Below the pieces are notes generated by a model. It saw only the letters and a list, made by a program, of their open reading frames with translations. It was not told the origin of the DNA and ran no database searches. A stretch of DNA of 64,000 bases from Methanothrix sp. (GTDB lineage: Archaea; Halobacteriota; Methanosarcinia; Methanotrichales; Methanotrichaceae), in contig OY821645.1 in assembly GCA_963682135.1 (NCBI GenBank), positions 2,592,001 through 2,656,000 on the forward strand, written 5' to 3'. The position numbers and the translations under genes were made by a program. Positions 1 through 9,061 of this stretch are shown here, piece by piece. Positions within the stretch are counted from its first letter, which is position 1; every line of letters begins with the position of its first letter.

Positions 1-326
1 TTCAAATCCGTCTCCCTGAATAAGTGGAGCTTGATTCGGGCTCTGCTAACGGTTTTGTTGAGGGCTCGATCGCCCAATTGCTCTGCGATCTCAGTATCAC
101 TTAGTCTCTTGTAAAATAGCCTGACAACTGACGATAACTGTTCAGCAGTCAGCTTTGTCTGTATGCCGTATTGTTTTATCATCTCCTGGACCACATTCAA
201 TAAAGCGCGTTCAATCTCGCCGCTTCCCCGGAGACTACCATGACGGGTGGCCTGCTTCTCCACGACCTTGGTTGAGGCACCAATCTTCATAACGAGGTCC
301 CGAAGCTCATCAGTCCTGCCACTCAT
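1..326 (-). CDS. Conserved archaeal HTH-like hypothetical protein, running off the window edge
   Basis: Manual translation from ATG at 326 (MSGRTDELRDLVMKIG...SDTEIAEQLGDRALNKTVSRARIKLHLFRETD) is open to position 1; the SDTEIAEQLG segment resembles an HTH. Confidence 0.65.
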   Translation of the reverse strand, partial: MSGRTDELRDLVMKIGASTKVVEKQATRHGSLRGSGEIERALLNVVQEMIKQYGIQTKLTAEQLSSVVRLFYKRLSDTEIAEQLGDRALNKTVSRARIKLHLFRETDL

Positions 327-387
327 TTTAGATACTCACCCCTTGGGAACTCCCTTGTTTATAGTATAAAGAGATTTCCATTGTATT

Positions 388-405
388 ACAAACCTTTTTA
401 TACAC
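388..405 (+). promoter_or_regulatory. Probable BRE/TATA promoter of the spt5-ribosomal protein cluster
   Basis: CAAACCTTTTTATACA about 25 nt upstream of the spt5 ATG. Confidence 0.45.
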
Positions 406-427
406 GAGGTTCGTCTAAGAAGGCGGA

Positions 428-883
428 ATGTCCGAGACCAGCATATATGTTGTGAAGACCACTGCAAATCAGGAACGATCGGTGGCCAACATGATCGCCC
501 AGATAGCGCGCAAGGAAAAGTATGATATAAGGGCACTGCTGGTACCTGATGTGCTGAAAGGCTACGTTCTTGTGGAATCACCAGCTCCGGAGATCGTAGA
601 TCAGGCTATTCAAGGAATACCCCACGCACGCTCTGTGATAAAAGGTGCCTCAAATATCGGAGAGGTTGAACACTTTCTCTCCCCCAAGCCGGCCGTAATC
701 GGAATTAATGAAGGAGCCATTATCGAACTCATATCCGGACCATTCAAGGGGGAGAAGGCAAGAGTCAAACGCGTGGACGTTGCCAAGGAAGAGATTACTT
801 TGGAACTCTTTGAAGCAATGGTGCCTATCCCCATCACGGTGCGGGGAGATCACGTACGCGTGCTCAGTAAAGATGGAACTTAA
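428..883 (+). CDS. spt5: Transcription elongation factor Spt5 (NusG family)
   Basis: NGN domain (KGYVLVE) and KOW motif ([12 protein letters not shown]); lies upstream of rpl11. Confidence 0.97.
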   Translation: MSETSIYVVKTTANQERSVANMIAQIARKEKYDIRALLVPDVLKGYVLVESPAPEIVDQAIQGIPHARSVIKGASNIGEVEHFLSPKPAVIGINEGAIIELISGPFKGEKARVKRVDVAKEEITLELFEAMVPIPITVRGDHVRVLSKDGT

Positions 884-904
884 TAAATTTTGAGGTGACA
901 AGTA

Positions 905-1381
905 TTGGCTAATGTCGTAGAAGCATTGGTCCCTGGCGGAAAGGCCAGCGCGGGACCACCTTTGGGCCCGGCCCTGGGACCTCTGGGTGTAAATGTAGCC
1001 CAGGTGGTTGCCAAGATCAATGAACAGACCAAAGATCTCAATGGAATGCAAGTTCCCGTCAAAGTCATAGTAAAGTCCAGAACCGAATTTGAAATTGAAG
1101 TCGGAACGCCTCCCACCTCTGCCCTGATCATCAAAGAGATGGGTATTGAGAAAGGCACTGGAGACAGAAACACCGTCGGGAATATTACTATGGAGCAGGT
1201 TCTCAAGATTGCAAACATCAAGAGAAAAGGCCTTCTCTCCAAAACCCTGAAGAACGCAGCCAGCGAGGTTATTGGCACGGCTGGGTCTGTAGGCGCGACC
1301 ATTGACGGTATGCAAAGCAAAGAGGCTCAACTGGCTGTGGCCAGCGGCAAATACGATGAGTTATTAGAAGCGAAGGCTTGA
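905..1381 (+). CDS. rpl11: 50S ribosomal protein L11
   Basis: GGKASAGPPLGPALGPLG motif; TTG start with GAGGTG RBS. Confidence 0.97.
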   Translation: MANVVEALVPGGKASAGPPLGPALGPLGVNVAQVVAKINEQTKDLNGMQVPVKVIVKSRTEFEIEVGTPPTSALIIKEMGIEKGTGDRNTVGNITMEQVLKIANIKRKGLLSKTLKNAASEVIGTAGSVGATIDGMQSKEAQLAVASGKYDELLEAKA

Positions 1382-1425
1382 AATATAAAGTTATTATCTG
1401 TTTGCTAATTCTCTTTTTTGAGAAG

Positions 1426-1460
1426 CCGTAGAAGACCAATAGTGTCGAAGACTACGGAGG
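1426..1460 (+). promoter_or_regulatory. Candidate ribosomal protein L1-binding mRNA leader (autogenous control)
   Basis: CCGTAG-AA-GAC-loop-GTC-GAAGA-CTACGG forms two helices with an asymmetric purine-rich internal loop; the 3' arm overlaps the GGAGG RBS of rpl1. Confidence 0.65.
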
Positions 1461-1466
1461 ATTGAA

Positions 1467-2099
1467 ATGGATATAGAAGAAGCCGTTAAACAGGCGATCA
1501 CTGAGGCACCTGCCAGAAAGTTCAGCGAGAGCGTGGATCTGGCTATTAACCTCCATAACATCGATCTGGCCCAACCGGGAAACAGAGTCGATGTTGAGGT
1601 TATCCTACCCCACGGACTTGGCAAACCGACCAAGATTGCTGTATTTGCTGCAGGAGAAACTGGCCTCCGAGCCAAGAGCGCCGGCGCAGACCGGGTTATA
1701 TCTGCTGACGAGATCAAAGAGCTCGCCGGCGATAAGAGAGCTGTGCGCAAACTGGCAGAGGAGTACAAGTTCTTCATAGCAGAGACTCAGTTCATGCCCG
1801 TCATAGGTAAGAGCCTTGGTTCCATTCTCGGCAAGAGGGGCAAAATGCCCACACCTCTGCCGCCTACACAGGATGTAACCCCCCAGGTACAGAGGCTCAA
1901 AAACCTGATCAAGATCAGGTCCAGGGATAAACCGACCTTCCACCTGACTGTTGGGAACAGAAATATGAACACTAAAGAGCTGGCCGAAAACATTGAAGCG
2001 GTCGTCGTCAAGCTCGAGCAGACCCTCAAGGATGGTCGACATAACCTGAAGTCGGTTTACGTTAAGACCACCATGGGGCCTTCCATAAGGGTGATCTAA
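1467..2099 (+). CDS. rpl1: 50S ribosomal protein L1
   Basis: RKFSESVDLAINL, LPHG, GKMP and KTTMGP motifs. Confidence 0.97.
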   Translation: MDIEEAVKQAITEAPARKFSESVDLAINLHNIDLAQPGNRVDVEVILPHGLGKPTKIAVFAAGETGLRAKSAGADRVISADEIKELAGDKRAVRKLAEEYKFFIAETQFMPVIGKSLGSILGKRGKMPTPLPPTQDVTPQVQRLKNLIKIRSRDKPTFHLTVGNRNMNTKELAENIEAVVVKLEQTLKDGRHNLKSVYVKTTMGPSIRVI

Positions 2100-3071
2100 A
2101 TGGCAGCAGAGATTCGTCACACTGCCCACATACCTGAATGGAAGGTTAAGGATGTTGAAGAGCTTGTCGAAATGATCAAAAAGAGCCGCGTTGTCGGCAT
2201 TGTTGGTGTCCGGGAGATACCAGCCGATAATTTGCAGCAGATGCGAGGCAGTCTCAGAGGCAATGTCGAGATAAGAATGGTGAGGAACACCATCGCTCGT
2301 CGCGCCCTGGAAGCCAGCGTCCCGGAGATCAGGCAGCTAGCTGATTTCATTGAAGATCAGACTGCTTTGCTCTTTAGCAATGACAACCCCTTCAAGCTGA
2401 ATGCTCTCTTGGAGAAGGGCAAACAGCCCATGCCCATCAAGGCCGGTGCACGTGCCCCCAAAGACATAGTGATTGAGGCCGGGGTGACATCCTTCTCGCC
2501 GGGACCCATGGTCGGCAAGCTTCAAGCAGCCGGCATCCCAGCAGCCATTAAGAGTGGAAAGGTAGTCATCAACCAGAATATCACTTTAGCCAAAGAGGGA
2601 GAGGTCGTTTCTGCCAAGACCGCGGACATTTTGAAGACCATGGAGATCTTCCCCAGAAACGTAGGCCTGGAACTGCGAGCGGCCTATGAGGGTGGCTTGA
2701 TCTTTAAAGTCAAGGATCTTTCCATCAATGTGGATGCACAGATCTCTGAGTTGTCCCTGGCTTCTGCCAAAGCCTTCAACTTTGCGGTTAAGATTGGCTA
2801 TGCTACGCCGCAGACCATCGGACCCATGCTGCAAAAGGCCCAGACTGAGGCCAGAGCCCTGGTACTGGATGCGGGAATACCCGTGCCCGGCATGATGGAG
2901 ATGCTCCTCGCCAAGGCAGCCGCCAATGCCAAAGCTTTGGACCGTCTGGCCAGTGGAGAAGCAGCTCCTACAGCTGCCCCTGTCGCGGCTCCGGTCAAGG
3001 TCGAGGAAGAGAAAGAAGAGAAAAAGGATGAAGAAGACACCGCTGCGGGAATGGGTGCTCTCTTCGGATAA
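2100..3071 (+). CDS. rplP0: 50S ribosomal protein L10 (acidic P0)
   Basis: HIPEWK N-terminus, TSFSPGP, acidic hinge and GMGALFG C-terminus. Confidence 0.97.
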   Translation: MAAEIRHTAHIPEWKVKDVEELVEMIKKSRVVGIVGVREIPADNLQQMRGSLRGNVEIRMVRNTIARRALEASVPEIRQLADFIEDQTALLFSNDNPFKLNALLEKGKQPMPIKAGARAPKDIVIEAGVTSFSPGPMVGKLQAAGIPAAIKSGKVVINQNITLAKEGEVVSAKTADILKTMEIFPRNVGLELRAAYEGGLIFKVKDLSINVDAQISELSLASAKAFNFAVKIGYATPQTIGPMLQKAQTEARALVLDAGIPVPGMMEMLLAKAAANAKALDRLASGEAAPTAAPVAAPVKVEEEKEEKKDEEDTAAGMGALFG

Positions 3072-3105
3072 ATTTGATTAAAGGTAAATTCGAGGTAGAT
3101 TCAAA

Positions 3106-3417
3106 ATGGAATATGTATACGCTGCATTACTGCTTCACAGCGCAGGCAAAGACGTTAACGAGGATGGAATTAAGAAGGTCGTCGAGGCATCCGGTGCCGC
3201 CGTAGACGATGTCAGAATCAAGGCCCTGGTAGCCGCTTTGGAAGGCGTTGACATCGCAACAGTCCTTTCCCAGGCAGCCGCAGTGCCCGTAGCCGCCGCA
3301 GCCCCAGTCGCTGCCGCACCTGCCGCCAAGGGCGCAGCCAAGGCAGAAGAGCCGGAAGAGGATAAGGAAGCAGCAGAGGAGAGCGGAGTAGAGGGCTTGG
3401 GCGCCCTTTTCGGCTGA
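3106..3417 (+). CDS. rpl12: 50S ribosomal stalk protein L12 (aP1)
   Basis: [14 protein letters not shown] start, Ala-rich hinge, GLGALFG end. Confidence 0.97.
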   Translation: MEYVYAALLLHSAGKDVNEDGIKKVVEASGAAVDDVRIKALVAALEGVDIATVLSQAAAVPVAAAAPVAAAPAAKGAAKAEEPEEDKEAAEESGVEGLGALFG

Positions 3418-3446
3418 AGTAATCTTCAGCCGTTCCTTTCATTTTT
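3411..3446 (+). terminator. Hairpin plus T-rich tract ending the ribosomal protein operon
   Basis: CGGCTGAAG-TAAT-CTTCAGCCG perfect 9-bp stem followed by TTCCTTTCATTTTT. Confidence 0.6.
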
Positions 3447-3548
3447 AAGTAAATCTTCTAATAATAGTATTAGTAATTTTTCATATTATCACTTCCCAGC
3501 ACATTCCCATAGAATGGTTTTTTATTCATGATACCGTTTCCATCTATT

Positions 3549-4136
3549 ATGGCATGGGTCATGTGGTTCACAGGCCTTCCAGGCTGCGGGAAGACCACTA
3601 TTGCAGATAAAGTGTCGACGATTCTATCCGAAAAGGGAGTTCGCGCCAGGATTTTGCAGCTGGATGAGATCAGAAGGGCGATAACTCCACAGCCCAAGTA
3701 TACAGAAGAAGAAAGAGATATCGTTTATGCCAGCCTGGCCTACATGGGCAAGCTCTTGGCTGATGAGGGAGTAAATGTCATCATAGATGCGACTGCCAAT
3801 AGACGCCGGTATCGTGATTTTGCCCGCCGTCTGATCCCCAATTTTGCCGAGGTCTTTATCCGGGCGCCTCTCTGCGTCTGCATAGAGCGGGAAGCGAAGC
3901 GCAAGGCAAAGTTCTCGCCCAAGGATATCTACAAGAAAGCGGCAGGCGAGAAGGCGGCCGTGCCGGGAGTAAATGTAGCCTATGAAGAACCGCTCTCTCC
4001 TGAGATTGAAGTAGATACTACGAGCATGGACCTGGGAGAGAGTGCCGGGTATATTGCCGACAAAATTCTAAACCTCAGCGATATGAGCAGAAAGGCTGCC
4101 AGATCCTGGGAGGGGGGACTATCCCGGAAAGATTAA
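3549..4136 (+). CDS. Adenylyl-sulfate kinase family P-loop kinase
   Basis: WFTGLPGCGKTTIA Walker A; C-terminal PGVNVAYEEP resembles APS kinases. Confidence 0.8.
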   Translation: MAWVMWFTGLPGCGKTTIADKVSTILSEKGVRARILQLDEIRRAITPQPKYTEEERDIVYASLAYMGKLLADEGVNVIIDATANRRRYRDFARRLIPNFAEVFIRAPLCVCIEREAKRKAKFSPKDIYKKAAGEKAAVPGVNVAYEEPLSPEIEVDTTSMDLGESAGYIADKILNLSDMSRKAARSWEGGLSRKD

Positions 4137-4176
4137 AATATAGTCACTTAGACTCCCATTCAGGAAGTGAAGAAGC

Positions 4177-5331
4177 TTGAAGTGCAATGCTGGTTTTGTG
4201 GGTTTTGATGGAACAGAGAATAAGCGAACTCTTTTGGCTTTGGCGCAGGTAAAGAAGGCCGCCGGAATCGAGGGCGACCTGAATGTCCTGCTCAGAAAGC
4301 CCCATGGTCGGGCCTTGTCCATTGTATCCAAGTTCAATCGGATGTTTGGCGTAAAGGCATATGTCAGCGAGGCTGCAAATAAAGAGAAGTGGGAGAAGGC
4401 AGGAGTCAAGATTGAAGGCGGCTATGACGACTTCTTTGCGGCATCAGATTTTCTGATGGTGGGCGCTCCGGGCGATGAGGAGCTTCCTTACGTTGAGGCA
4501 GGCCTCTCACACGGCTGCTTTGTCTCACTCATGGGTGGTGCTGATCGGCCTGAGCTTCTCAAGGGTTTGACAGAGAGCGGAAAGGTCAAGATCACCGAAG
4601 AGCTGAAGGCGGACTTTGCCCGCGAGTTCTTCTTTGGTCTGGAGAACTACGAGATGTTCCAGAAGGCCAAGCCCAGACTGGTGCAATGTACCAGCTGCAA
4701 CACTACCGGCCTTTCCCGGTTGGCTCTGGCCGCGCGACCCCTGGGCCTGACTGCCGTCTTAGGCAATATCGACCGTCGCCACGGCGATCCGCATACCGTG
4801 GTCAAAGCCTCTCCCAGCGCCATTCAATTCGGCAAGGGCGCAGGGCATCAGGGTACGGACGCAGGAACCGTCTTCGAAGAGGTAAAGTTCGCTGTGCGCG
4901 CCAGCAAAGTGCCCACAACTGTGCCCCACACCAACTTCTTGAATCTGGTCTTCAAGGGAGATGTTACCCCAGCGCAACTGGTAGAGCAGCTGGCCAAGAC
5001 CCGTGAGGTCGTGGTCATGCCCTATCAGGACGAAGGCAAGAAGCATGATTGGACGAGCGAAATCCTGGAGGCCTATCTCTCCGCAGTTGAGAGACCCATC
5101 AGCCCTGAGATCTTCGAGCTGATAGTCTCCGACGCCATCATTGCTTTCAAACTGGGAGACAACACCATTCTGCAGACGGTATCCATGGTGGAGCAGATGT
5201 CCATTGCCGTACCCAACCACGTTGAGTCCTACCTGCTCTTTGCAGGCTATCCGGCATCTGATGTGCACAGCCTGGTGGACAAAGCCCTGGGCGTCATGCA
5301 CGGCATCTGGCCGAACAAGCTCGCCTGCTGA
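4177..5331 (+). CDS. Divergent archaeal (type II) glyceraldehyde-3-phosphate dehydrogenase-like protein
   Basis: Catalytic SCNTTGL, RRHGDP, GHQGTD and KVPTT motifs; atypical N-terminal dinucleotide-binding motif. Confidence 0.7.
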   Translation: MKCNAGFVGFDGTENKRTLLALAQVKKAAGIEGDLNVLLRKPHGRALSIVSKFNRMFGVKAYVSEAANKEKWEKAGVKIEGGYDDFFAASDFLMVGAPGDEELPYVEAGLSHGCFVSLMGGADRPELLKGLTESGKVKITEELKADFAREFFFGLENYEMFQKAKPRLVQCTSCNTTGLSRLALAARPLGLTAVLGNIDRRHGDPHTVVKASPSAIQFGKGAGHQGTDAGTVFEEVKFAVRASKVPTTVPHTNFLNLVFKGDVTPAQLVEQLAKTREVVVMPYQDEGKKHDWTSEILEAYLSAVERPISPEIFELIVSDAIIAFKLGDNTILQTVSMVEQMSIAVPNHVESYLLFAGYPASDVHSLVDKALGVMHGIWPNKLAC

Positions 5332-6383
5332 TGTCCGAAGAAATAATCGGCCGGCTTATCGGCGATAAGATCAGTCTGGGCCAGGAAGCCCTTTCTGATC
5401 TTTATGAGCAGGGCTACTTCGGCAGGCCAAAGGGAAAAGGCCTGGAACTCTCCCTGGTGGAAGCAGCCTATCTCCTGGACCGCACCCGGATCAGGGTGCT
5501 TTCCGGGGAAAAAGATCTGGACTTTCGGGCCTTGTTCCAGGCAGCATCATCTCTGGAAAAGGGTTTTGAGTTTCGCTATGTGGTCTACAAAGACCTGCGA
5601 GAGCGCGGCTACTATGTGCAGCCCGGTCGCCCTGATTTTCGTGTTTATCCCCGGGGAGGCCACCCGGGAAAGAGCCCGGCTGAGTTTTATGTTCTCGTCA
5701 TCTCTGAGCGCATGCCTCTTCCCCTGCAAGAGATAATGCAATCGGTGAGGCTTACGGCCCAAATGAGAAAGAAACTGATGCTGGCCATAGTCGATGAGGA
5801 GAGCGACATCACCTTTTACGAGGCAAGGGAGAAGGTTATGTCCGGGCTGATGGCTGAAGTGGAGGGAGGCGGCATGGCCACGCTCCTGGAGGACCGCGTG
5901 GTTCTCTGGAATCCGGAAGCATCCAAAAGGCTGCATGAAGGCGGATTTTACGGCAAGCCCGTTGGTGAGCGCCTTCAGCTCTCCCTGGTCGAGTCGGCTT
6001 ATCTGCTGGACCGAGGGATGATCTCCCTGGTCGATCGTGCCGGCGAAGCCATGGACCAAAAAGACTTCGCGGCCAAAGCAAAGCTGATAGAGAGCGACTT
6101 CGATCTGAAATTCAGCGTTTATAAAGATCTGCGAGATAAGAGCCTGGTGGTGAAGACCGGCTTCAAGTTCGGCACGCACTTTAGGGTCTACAAGCAGGTA
6201 AAGGGGCCCGGAAAGGTGCCCCACTCCGAGTACCTGGTGCATACCGTGTCCGTTGACCACGTCTTCTTGCCTCCCGTGCTTTCCCGTGCCGTGCGTCTGG
6301 CCCATTCGGTGCGCAAGCTTATGATCTTCGCTTATCTCGGTGATGAAGTGCGCTACCTGGAGATAAAGAGGCTCAAGCCCTAA
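5331..6383 (+). CDS. endA: tRNA-splicing endonuclease, alpha2 homodimeric type
   Basis: Two repeated units (LSLVEAAYL...VYKDLR); catalytic KTGFKFGTHFRVY, HSEYLV and AHSVRK in the C-terminal unit. Confidence 0.95.
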   Translation: MSEEIIGRLIGDKISLGQEALSDLYEQGYFGRPKGKGLELSLVEAAYLLDRTRIRVLSGEKDLDFRALFQAASSLEKGFEFRYVVYKDLRERGYYVQPGRPDFRVYPRGGHPGKSPAEFYVLVISERMPLPLQEIMQSVRLTAQMRKKLMLAIVDEESDITFYEAREKVMSGLMAEVEGGGMATLLEDRVVLWNPEASKRLHEGGFYGKPVGERLQLSLVESAYLLDRGMISLVDRAGEAMDQKDFAAKAKLIESDFDLKFSVYKDLRDKSLVVKTGFKFGTHFRVYKQVKGPGKVPHSEYLVHTVSVDHVFLPPVLSRAVRLAHSVRKLMIFAYLGDEVRYLEIKRLKP

Positions 6384-6420
6384 AACTAAGTATTAATACT
6401 ACTTTGGTTTATGAGAAATT

Positions 6421-6588
6421 ATGCCGAAAATCGAGGTGGAGCTAAGTCCGGAATTGAGCGATCGGTTGATGAGCTTTGTAGTCAAGAGCAGGGGCTCCCT
6501 CTACGTGCAGCGTTCTGACGTTGTGATTGAAGCCATTAAGGAATACCTGGATAGAAATGAGCGCAAAGTGCGCCGAGCCAATGGCTAA
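6421..6588 (+). CDS. Small ribbon-helix-helix (CopG-like) protein, 55 aa
   Basis: Manual translation MPKIEVELSPELSDRLMSFVVKSRGSLYVQRSDVVIEAIKEYLDRNERKVRRANG shows the RHH pattern. Confidence 0.65.
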   Translation: MPKIEVELSPELSDRLMSFVVKSRGSLYVQRSDVVIEAIKEYLDRNERKVRRANG

Positions 6589-6854
6589 GAATCATAGTCC
6601 TTCTCCCACATAGTCGCTCCATCATAAGTGATGCGCCGGATGCGGTGGAAGGGTATGAACTTGGTTTTATTCTCCCATTCAATCTCCATCCAGCCCTGCT
6701 CCAGATGGATGATTTTGTCTCCCCGGACAGCAGACCGATCGCCCGGAGCACCCCTATCGACAAATTCCACCTCCGCTTTGCCGAAATCAAACTGAGGATC
6801 ATGTCGCAAACGCAGGAGAAGGGCGTGGCTGGTTCTCATCGCTTGATCATCCAT
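6585..6854 (-). CDS. DUF504/MJ1316-like small protein
   Basis: LRLRHDP...FVDRGAP...IPFHRIRRI pattern. Confidence 0.8.
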   Translation of the reverse strand: MDDQAMRTSHALLLRLRHDPQFDFGKAEVEFVDRGAPGDRSAVRGDKIIHLEQGWMEIEWENKTKFIPFHRIRRITYDGATMWEKDYDS

Positions 6855-6886
6855 TTTTACATCTGCCCTTTTACTTGCAGATGCCC

Positions 6887-7042
6887 CTATCCCACTCGCC
6901 AGGCTCCGTTCTTCAGGTCGGGATGAGGCAGACGTCCTTCATAGCCGCACATCTTGCAGCGCACTTTTACAGACACGCCGTCTTCGCTCCAAGCCTCGGC
7001 TACATAGCCGCATCTGGGACAGTTGCTGAGGAAACGAGTCAT
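6887..7042 (-). CDS. Small zinc-ribbon protein (CPxCG type), 51 aa
   Basis: Manual translation MTRFLSNCPRCGYVAEAWSEDGVSVKVRCKMCGYEGRLPHPDLKNGAWRVG has two CxxCG knuckles. Confidence 0.65.
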   Translation of the reverse strand: MTRFLSNCPRCGYVAEAWSEDGVSVKVRCKMCGYEGRLPHPDLKNGAWRVG

Positions 7043-7066
7043 TGCCACCATCAATAATTAAAAAGT

Positions 7067-7095
7067 TATGGGGTCGCACTTTGCGTTACCCCATA
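7067..7095 (-). terminator. Hairpin downstream of the HEAT-repeat gene
   Basis: TATGGGGT...ACCCCATA inverted repeat with inner CGCA/TGCG stem; T-run follows on the minus strand. Confidence 0.4.
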
Positions 7096-7113
7096 CTTAC
7101 GTTGCTCTTGAGA

Positions 7114-7569
7114 TCAGCGCAATCGCTTCAGGGAGTTTGTAGCCATCTCTCTGATCAAGGATTCTGGGTCCGTTTTGGCAATCTTCTCAATCTTGGCCTT
7201 TAGGGCCGCCGATCCTGAGGCCGAAACAGCATTCAAAGTGATCTTGCGCACGCCGAAGTCCTTATCATCCAGCAAACGGTCCGTTAATTTGCTGGCCAAG
7301 GCCTCTGGCAAGTTCTTGATACTTGATGCAGCCGCCACACGAACTACAGGCTCGTCGCTTTTTGCAGCCGCCTCTAGAACGTCGGCTGATTTACTGCCTC
7401 CGATAAGACTGGCGAGATATGTCGCTTTTGAGGCGAGCATCACATCTTTTCCCTTAACAAGCTCCTGCAATAATGGAATGGCTTCCAGCCCAAGCTCTTT
7501 TGATGCCTTCTGGTATTCCGGCTCTTCGCGATCCAGATGGGCACGTACATCTTTCATGGTTATTGACAT
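7114..7569 (-). CDS. HEAT-repeat protein
   Basis: Repeated helical units (AIPLLQEL, EPVVRVAAA, DKDFGVRKI, DPESLIREMA). Confidence 0.8.
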   Translation of the reverse strand: MSITMKDVRAHLDREEPEYQKASKELGLEAIPLLQELVKGKDVMLASKATYLASLIGGSKSADVLEAAAKSDEPVVRVAAASSIKNLPEALASKLTDRLLDDKDFGVRKITLNAVSASGSAALKAKIEKIAKTDPESLIREMATNSLKRLR

Positions 7570-7579
7570 GATTAACCCC

Positions 7580-9061
7580 CTAATACTTAAACGTCAGACT
7601 GCTATTTTGCATCGTGCTGATCTCGGATGCAATGAGGTCAGGCGGAGGATTGGTGATATTGGCTGTACCGTTGCCTGTCATCAATCGATTGTTGTCATTG
7701 ACATGGGACAATCCCAGCACGTGACCCACTTCGTGCGCCATTGTCCACACAGTTGCATACTGAGCAACGGCCGCACCAGGCTTTCCTGCGGGATAGGCTG
7801 CACATCCATTATAAGGCGGCACAGTGGATCTCACGAAGTAGACCACGATATCTTTGGAGCCTGCGTTATTGCGATTGGCAAATAGCTGATTTTGCTCCGC
7901 TGTGGTCGATCCCATCATGCAGCCACCCACGTCCAGATCATCCAGGGCGGGAAAGTTCAGATGCTCCGTGGTGCCGCGCTCCACGCGAATGCCGGACATC
8001 ATATAGACCTGCTGCATGTTGTCCACCATTAAATCCAGGTTTGCATTGGGATTGGTCAGTATCTTGATATGCACCCTTATGCCCTTTAAAGTCTCATGAG
8101 CATCGGTCGCCGGGCTCCAGTAAATTGAGCCGTGCTGGAAATGATTAAACCGACAAACACTGGCGGGCGTTGATGTCTCATCGGTGACGGGATAGCCAAG
8201 AGCGCTCTTTTCCCATCCCAGGCTGGACCATCTGTCACGAATGCGACCGTGAACCTCATGAGGACCGGTTTGTGGCGTCCAGTATATCGACCCGCCCTGG
8301 AAGTGATTGTAACGGCCTACTTTATCCGGCGTTATCGACTCGTCGGTTAGCGGATAGCCCAGGAAGCTCTTTTCCCATCCCATGCCGGCCCATTTGCCGC
8401 GGATGTCGCCATGAACCTCATGAGCACCGGTTTGTGGTGTCCAGTATATCGATCCGCCCTGGAAGTGGTTGTACCGGCCTACTTTATCCGGCGTTACCGA
8501 CTCGTCGGTTAGTGGATAGCCCAGGAAGCTCTTTTCCCATCCCAGGCTGGACCATTTGCCGCGGATGTCGCCATGAACCTCATGAGCACCGGTTTGTGGT
8601 GTCCAGTATATCGATCCGCCCTGGAAGTGGTTGTACCGGCCTACTTTATCTGGCGTTACCGACTCATCGGTCAGCGGATAGCCCAGGAAGCTCTTCTCCC
8701 ATCCCAGGCTGGACCATTTGCCGCGGATGTCGCCATGAACCTCATGAGCACCGGTTTGTGGTGTCCAGTATATCGATCCGCCCTGGAAGTGGTTGTACCG
8801 GCCTACTTTATCCGGCGTTACCGACTCATCGGTTAGCGGATAGCCCAGGAAGCTCTTCTCCCATCCCAGGCTGGACCATTTGCCCCGGATGTCGCCATGA
8901 ATCTCATGAGCCCCGGACTGAGGCGACCAGTAAATAGATCCACTTTTGTAGTGTCTATAAGCGCCTATTCCGTCCGGCGTTTTTAGCTCCGGGCCTGTCG
9001 GTGCGCCCAAAAATCCTGAAGCTCCACCGAGAGCTGCATATTTCTTATCGATTTCGGTCAT
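7580..9061 (-). CDS. LGFP-repeat protein with C-terminal metzincin-type zinc metalloprotease domain
   Basis: Six 54-aa LGYP/LGAP repeats; HEVGHVLGLSH zinc motif followed by an RLM Met-turn; ATG 9061 has a GGAGGT RBS. Confidence 0.88.
   Translation of the reverse strand: MTEIDKKYAALGGASGFLGAPTGPELKTPDGIGAYRHYKSGSIYWSPQSGAHEIHGDIRGKWSSLGWEKSFLGYPLTDESVTPDKVGRYNHFQGGSIYWTPQTGAHEVHGDIRGKWSSLGWEKSFLGYPLTDESVTPDKVGRYNHFQGGSIYWTPQTGAHEVHGDIRGKWSSLGWEKSFLGYPLTDESVTPDKVGRYNHFQGGSIYWTPQTGAHEVHGDIRGKWAGMGWEKSFLGYPLTDESITPDKVGRYNHFQGGSIYWTPQTGPHEVHGRIRDRWSSLGWEKSALGYPVTDETSTPASVCRFNHFQHGSIYWSPATDAHETLKGIRVHIKILTNPNANLDLMVDNMQQVYMMSGIRVERGTTEHLNFPALDDLDVGGCMMGSTTAEQNQLFANRNNAGSKDIVVYFVRSTVPPYNGCAAYPAGKPGAAVAQYATVWTMAHEVGHVLGLSHVNDNNRLMTGNGTANITNPPPDLIASEISTMQNSSLTFKY
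8081..9052 (-). repeat. Six tandem 162-bp coding repeats (LGFP units)
   Basis: Period of 162 nt (e.g. CCCAGGAAGCTC at 8520 and 8682); three units are identical at protein level. Confidence 0.92.

Noticed and set aside
8081-9052. Regular repeats as a possible CRISPR array
   Set aside because: They are contiguous 162-bp in-frame coding repeats with no unique spacers, and no cas genes are present
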